Virus record (IMG/VR): IMGVR_UViG_3300033069_001465
Source of the DNA: a virus
Taxonomy: Duplodnaviria; Caudoviricetes
DNA: 64,000 nt
Reading direction: 5' to 3' (one strand)
Of the stretch, positions 59,457 to 64,000 are shown in pieces. Within the stretch, counting starts at the first letter, position 1; every line of letters begins with the position of its first letter. A program made the position numbers and the translations under genes. The notes below the pieces were generated by a model, which was given only the letters and a program-made list of their open reading frames with translations, ran no database searches and had not been told where the DNA came from.

Positions 59457-59813
59457 TTATTTTAAAATTTCTTTTAACTTATTATCTCTATCTACATCAG
59501 TTGGTGGAGATAGCCAATAAATATTTTTATTTTCTGTCCATACTGGAAAATATTTACTTTCTAAAATTCGTCTTCTACTGTAATCTGACTTATTAAATGG
59601 TGTAGTTATAACTTTTATTTTTGATAATAACTTATCACAATAAACCTCCTTTACTTCAATAATTACATTATAGTTTCCATAATTTCCGTTATTTGGTGTT
59701 ATTACGGTAATTGCTGGTTTTGTTGATGTATCATAGCCTACTTTTAGAAAAAGAAGTCCAATTCTTTTATCTTTAATATTATCGACAAATCCACTTCGTC
59801 TAAATAAACTCAT
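59457..59813 (-). CDS. Hypothetical protein with C-terminal RDNKLKEIL tag
   Basis: 118-aa ORF. Confidence 0.75.
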   Translation of the reverse strand: MSLFRRSGFVDNIKDKRIGLLFLKVGYDTSTKPAITVITPNNGNYGNYNVIIEVKEVYCDKLLSKIKVITTPFNKSDYSRRRILESKYFPVWTENKNIYWLSPPTDVDRDNKLKEILK

Positions 59814-60121
59814 TTTAAAATAATTTTAATTTTTTCATCCCTTTCATCTTCTAATGTAACTATTTTATATATAGAGTTTCTTGTTTTAAATGTTCTATCA
59901 TCAATTATTTCTTTAACCTCAGTAGTAAATATAGGAAATACTGGAGCAGGTGAACTATTAATATCTTCTGGTGAACATGTATATATAACAAAACTTTTTC
60001 CTACAACAGGCCATTCAAAAAAATATCCATTAAGGATATCACCTTTTTTAACTTGTAGTACTTTACCTTCTTGAAATGATTCAATTTTAATAGCCTTGGC
60101 TATTACTCTTTGATCCGACAT
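59810..60121 (-). CDS. Hypothetical protein with C-terminal RDEKIKIIL tag
   Basis: 103 aa; T..V..I.....FKTRNSIY. Confidence 0.75.
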   Translation of the reverse strand: MSDQRVIAKAIKIESFQEGKVLQVKKGDILNGYFFEWPVVGKSFVIYTCSPEDINSSPAPVFPIFTTEVKEIIDDRTFKTRNSIYKIVTLEDERDEKIKIILK

Positions 60122-61017
60122 ATTTGGTTATTATTATATTTTTCTAAAAAGTCTACAACGTAGTTATCATTAACAAACTCTTTTATTTTAAAGAAATAAT
60201 CGGTTGCAAATTGTCGAAACCATCCAGAACATAAGTTAGTGCATATCCTCATTAATGCCCATTCTAATGCTTCGTTTGATGAAACCCAACTTGCTTTCCC
60301 AAAGATACCAGGTAACACTTTTCTTTCAAGTGCAATGACATAGGCTTCTTCTAATACACATTTACATTTGTTTTCAAATGAAAATCTATTCCACATATCT
60401 TTTTCACATTTAGCAATAGTTATATCCCTCTGCATATTTAAATACAGTGGTTTATCATAATGTGCAACTGCTTTATGAATATCATCGTGAATGAAATAAG
60501 ATTTAACAAACCCCTTTGATTGTCCGAAAAATTCAGTAATTGGTTTATTTAAAGATGGCGTTTTTAACTTACCAAGCCTTTCTTCGGTTTCTTTATAACG
60601 TAGTTTAGTAATATTATCTAAATAATCTCCTCCTAATTTTTCATTTAAAAAGGTATAGTCAACAATATGCTTATTAAATTTAATAGGGAAATGTATATGA
60701 CTTTTCTTTAGAGAAAGTAAAACCTCTAAGGAAGCCCATTTTAATCCACGATCACTAGAATCAAAATCAAGGTATAACCGGAGTGAGCTGGACTCATCTG
60801 CAATTAGAACCTCTACATTTTCAGTATCGTAGAATGCTGACTTATTTTGAATTCCAATTAGTGAGGTGATACCATCTCCTTCCTTAATTTTTGATGGGTT
60901 TAATGTGCTAATCAAATATTGTAAATCAGATTTATATCCGATTAAATCAATATCCTTAACCTTCCTATTTAAAGATGGATAATGGTATGTAAGTGCTTTT
61001 GATCCAATAATTAACAT
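60103..61017 (-). CDS. Phage nucleotidyltransferase-like protein
   Basis: IIGSKAL...KDIDL (GS...DxD) at N-terminus; HDDIH. Confidence 0.55.
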   Translation of the reverse strand: MLIIGSKALTYHYPSLNRKVKDIDLIGYKSDLQYLISTLNPSKIKEGDGITSLIGIQNKSAFYDTENVEVLIADESSSLRLYLDFDSSDRGLKWASLEVLLSLKKSHIHFPIKFNKHIVDYTFLNEKLGGDYLDNITKLRYKETEERLGKLKTPSLNKPITEFFGQSKGFVKSYFIHDDIHKAVAHYDKPLYLNMQRDITIAKCEKDMWNRFSFENKCKCVLEEAYVIALERKVLPGIFGKASWVSSNEALEWALMRICTNLCSGWFRQFATDYFFKIKEFVNDNYVVDFLEKYNNNQICRIKE

Positions 61018-61028
61018 AATATTATTTT

Positions 61029-61292
61029 TTAATCATAAGATGATTCTTCACCATCCTCATAAGAAGACTCATATGAATCATAGGATTGTTCCTCATATGA
61101 CATTTCATCATCATAATTTAGAAGATTATCAATATTGAGAATTTTATCAGATACATCAACATCCAAATTTGACTTCGCAGCTTCTTCTAATAACTGTGAT
61201 AATTGAAATTGAGCATCACTGTGTGAAATGCTTTTTTCCCGGCACATTTCTAATATACGGGATAGTTTTTTGTAGAAATCTACTATATTCAT
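61029..61292 (-). CDS. Small protein with acidic Ser/Tyr tail
   Basis: 87 aa; SYEEQSYDSYESSYE. Confidence 0.65.
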   Translation of the reverse strand: MNIVDFYKKLSRILEMCREKSISHSDAQFQLSQLLEEAAKSNLDVDVSDKILNIDNLLNYDDEMSYEEQSYDSYESSYEDGEESSYD

Positions 61293-61298
61293 ATTTAT

Positions 61299-61544
61299 TT
61301 ATTTTAAAATATCATCAATTATATGTTTTCTAAAATCTCCTTTGCTTATGAATCGACTATAATGATATGCTTGCCCGACTTTTATATCATTTATGACACA
61401 TATCCAAAAATTTTCATCACCTGAATATACTTCAAGTGAATCAATTATATACTCTTTACCAACCGTTAAACTAGAACGATTATTTAAAATACAAATAACC
61501 TTTTCTCCTACGACAAATCCCTTATGTTCTTTTATTTCACCCAT
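61299..61544 (-). CDS. Small SH3-like protein with C-terminal RKHIIDDIL tag
   Basis: GEKVICI...LTVGKEY; TATATTTGT upstream at 61551-61559. Confidence 0.7.
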   Translation of the reverse strand: MGEIKEHKGFVVGEKVICILNNRSSLTVGKEYIIDSLEVYSGDENFWICVINDIKVGQAYHYSRFISKGDFRKHIIDDILK

Positions 61545-61619
61545 ATAAACACAAATATAATAACTTTTTGTAAAATTACAAAATCAAACTTACAATAATA
61601 TATTCACTATATGAATTAG

Positions 61620-62774
61620 ATGGATAAAGTTTATATAAAAAATATAATTCGAAATATTTTAAACAATGAGTTTAAATCTGCCGAAAGGAGAAAGATACAT
61701 GAATATCATGATCGTATTAATTTCTGTTGTTTTTATTGTGGTGATGGTAAAAGTGATCATAAAAAAAGAGGTAATTTATACTTCAATAAGTTAGTGTATG
61801 TATGTTTTAACTGTGGTAAGAAAACAAACTTTGACCGAGTTGCCAAAGACTATCATCAACAATTAGATCCTGATAAGAAAATGGAAATAATAAAGCATTT
61901 AGAAAATGCTGTTTCTTATAAAGACTATGAAGATGACATAATGGAAACATCTTTGGATAAGATGTTGAACATAAAAGAAATAGAAGATATATTTACAAGT
62001 GGTGATTATGCAATAACAGATTTCCAACCAATACAAAAAAATAGTATCATTTTTAACTATTTAGTTGGTAGGGGAATATCACCACAATATCATAGGGATA
62101 TTTACGAAGCAAAATATTGGTATAATTCAGATAGGTATGAACCAATTATGTGCTTCCTAAACCGAAGAGGTGATAAGGTTCTCGGAGCTCAGGTTAGGAA
62201 TATTAAAGAGGGCAAACGAAGAATGTTTAAAATCTACAACTATGAAACACTATATAAGTGGATTCATAATGTTGAGGAAATTATAGATATAGATATTAAT
62301 CAACTTGTTATTTATAATAAATTAAGTTATTATTTTAATATTCTGAATGTTGACTTTGGACATATGATAACTATTTTTGAGGGGTATCTTGATTCACTTT
62401 TTTATCCAAATAGCATTGGGGTTGTGGGTGTTAATACAGATTTTAAATTCTTGGAAAACAATAACTTAGAGATACAATTTTTTCTTGATAATGATAGTGC
62501 GGGATATGAACAATCTGAAAAGAAATTAAGAGAAGGATATCCGGTATTTCTATGGAAGAAATTGTTTGAAGATATTGTAAAGAAGAAAGGATCTGAGGAT
62601 CCCTATAAACTAATGCATAGAATAAGTAAGATTAAAGATTTGAACAAACTTTCAGAATTAGCAAACGATCCTTATAGAAAGCTGCATTTAGATCAATATT
62701 TTAGTAAGGATGAAATGGATATGAAATATATCCCTAAGAAAGAAAAAAAATATTATAAGAAATTAACTAAGTAA
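61620..62774 (+). CDS. DNA primase (T4 gp61-like)
   Basis: Zn finger CFYCGD...CFNCG; TOPRIM FEGYLDS...DND; KDLN. Confidence 0.85.
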   Translation: MDKVYIKNIIRNILNNEFKSAERRKIHEYHDRINFCCFYCGDGKSDHKKRGNLYFNKLVYVCFNCGKKTNFDRVAKDYHQQLDPDKKMEIIKHLENAVSYKDYEDDIMETSLDKMLNIKEIEDIFTSGDYAITDFQPIQKNSIIFNYLVGRGISPQYHRDIYEAKYWYNSDRYEPIMCFLNRRGDKVLGAQVRNIKEGKRRMFKIYNYETLYKWIHNVEEIIDIDINQLVIYNKLSYYFNILNVDFGHMITIFEGYLDSLFYPNSIGVVGVNTDFKFLENNNLEIQFFLDNDSAGYEQSEKKLREGYPVFLWKKLFEDIVKKKGSEDPYKLMHRISKIKDLNKLSELANDPYRKLHLDQYFSKDEMDMKYIPKKEKKYYKKLTK

Positions 62775-63149
62775 TTCGTTTATTTTTCTGTCACGATAGT
62801 AGTTTTTATATAAATTCTCAGAGGTCCTCTCATAGTAATCACAACCGATTATTACCTCTGACTCTCCTTTTTGTATTGAATTATATGACTTTAAATAACA
62901 TCCATATAACATTAAGTTATATGATTCAACGTGTATCTTCTTTTTATACATATTTGAATATCCTTGCTTATCAAATTGAGTTGAGAACCAATCTGATGCC
63001 CACACGAAACTATCATCACTTACAATCATTGTAACTTCAACACTGTTTCTCTCAAAAGCTAGATATCCACTATTGGTAAGTAACGATACATTAATAGTGT
63101 GAGATACTATAATTTTATCTTCACTAAAATCGTATATTAATTCCTTCAT
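62763..63149 (-). CDS. Hypothetical protein with C-terminal RDRKINELL tag
   Basis: 128-aa ORF. Confidence 0.7.
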   Translation of the reverse strand: MKELIYDFSEDKIIVSHTINVSLLTNSGYLAFERNSVEVTMIVSDDSFVWASDWFSTQFDKQGYSNMYKKKIHVESYNLMLYGCYLKSYNSIQKGESEVIIGCDYYERTSENLYKNYYRDRKINELLS

Positions 63150-63625
63150 TAAACAAAAGGGTGTTTTTGACCCTTGTAGTTTATATTCTTCATTTTCAAA
63201 TATGTTTCAAAATCTAAATTACCTCTTTCGTTATTACAATCTGTGCAACAAATAACAATATTTACTTGACAATTATTTCCACCATTAGATATTGGAACAA
63301 TGTGATCTGAGGTTGCATTTTTTGTAGTCAGTGGTACATTACAATAGATACAATCTATTCCTTGATTTTCTTCAAGATATTCTTTTGCGTACCCATTAGT
63401 TCTTCGTTTAACGTTTTTTCCGTTCCATTTTAATCCAATGATAACCAGATTCTCATGTATTTTGTATTTCTTTCTAAATATTTCACATGATACATATTTT
63501 TTATTCATCAAGACAGCAATACGAATTATCCATTTCCATTTTTTGTAAAATGAAAAGTCTACGAATAGAAAGTGTAAATGCTCAGCCTTGTAAATTTCTT
63601 TGATTTTTCTTATCAATTTAATCAT
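63149..63625 (-). CDS. HNH endonuclease
   Basis: CIYC...DHIVPISNGG...N....C..CN..RG. Confidence 0.85.
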   Translation of the reverse strand: MIKLIRKIKEIYKAEHLHFLFVDFSFYKKWKWIIRIAVLMNKKYVSCEIFRKKYKIHENLVIIGLKWNGKNVKRRTNGYAKEYLEENQGIDCIYCNVPLTTKNATSDHIVPISNGGNNCQVNIVICCTDCNNERGNLDFETYLKMKNINYKGQKHPFV

Positions 63626-63635
63626 AACCAGAAAT

Positions 63636-63665
63636 AAAAAAGGAGGATATGTCTCCTCCTTTTTT
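63636..63665. terminator. Intrinsic terminator
   Basis: AAAAAAGGAGGA-TATGTC-TCCTCCTTTTTT. Confidence 0.85.
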
Positions 63666-63666
63666 A

Positions 63667-63999
63667 TTAAAATCTTTTTATATATTTTCTGGATTCCCCT
63701 ACTCCTTCCAATTCTTCTCCTCTAATAACTTCAGGAGTTTCTTCCGCAACATCAGTCTGTGGGTTTAAAAAGTCCATAACTTCTTCAATAGTTTCAAATT
63801 TTTCTCTTCCTATGTGAAATTTTTCTGTTTCTGAGTAATAATTGATCTTTTGACCGTTATAATTTATTTGATTATTAACTACTTCTTCTCCTAATGCATC
63901 AGCTAGTTGTTGCATTAGTAAATTTCCTTTATACTCATGACCTTCTTCTTCCTCCTCTACTTCGAAATCATCATCATCATCATCTTCGAAATCATCATC
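63667..63999 (-). CDS. Acidic protein, 5' end outside the window
   Basis: Frame stays open to window edge (DDDFEDDDDDDFEVEEEEG...); ends ESRKYIKRF. Confidence 0.7.
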   Translation of the reverse strand, partial: DDDFEDDDDDDFEVEEEEEGHEYKGNLLMQQLADALGEEVVNNQINYNGQKINYYSETEKFHIGREKFETIEEVMDFLNPQTDVAEETPEVIRGEELEGVGESRKYIKRF

Positions 64000-64000
64000 A

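Noticed and set aside
1-64000. Stop-codon reassignment as in some large phages
   Set aside because: Long genes are intact in code 11, and TAA, TAG and TGA all end genes at tight junctions.
1-64000. tRNA, rRNA or self-splicing introns
   Set aside because: Intergenic gaps are short and AT-rich, and no cloverleaf or split conserved gene was seen by eye. A covariance-model search would be needed to exclude them.

Overview
Very AT-rich, densely coding 64-kb segment of a large tailed-phage genome (jumbo/T4-like gene content), standard genetic code. The host is probably a Bacteroidota member: TAnnTTTG promoter elements, no Shine-Dalgarno motifs and a Bacteroidota-like DnaK. Recognisable genes: gp47/Mre11-like nuclease, gp61-like primase, AAA ATPase, DnaK, ClpP, two RNA ligases, two HAD phosphatases, an N6-adenine methyltransferase with a convergent putative nuclease, about 7 homing or other endonucleases, four glycan-modifying enzymes, and virion-type proteins (2155-aa Thr-rich protein, tape-measure-like protein, collagen-like fibre, double PL9-like beta-helix protein). 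The most striking pattern is two mutually exclusive terminal peptide tags on otherwise unrelated proteins. About 27 proteins begin with an MK(Y/H)(L/I)KxF(E/N)E-like leader resembling the T4 capsid-targeting sequence, mostly in units behind a TAATATATA motif. Eight others end in an R(D/x)xK(L/I)xx(I/L)L helix, mostly in units behind a host-type TATATTTG promoter. Two shuffled paralogous modules (KCDQ and IxDYFLE) recur in the N-tagged proteins. Also found outside the ORF track: a ribbon-helix-helix gene next to a 4x9-bp repeat, and an ACP-like gene frameshifted by an 8-bp duplication. All calls come from motif reading only; no database searches were run.
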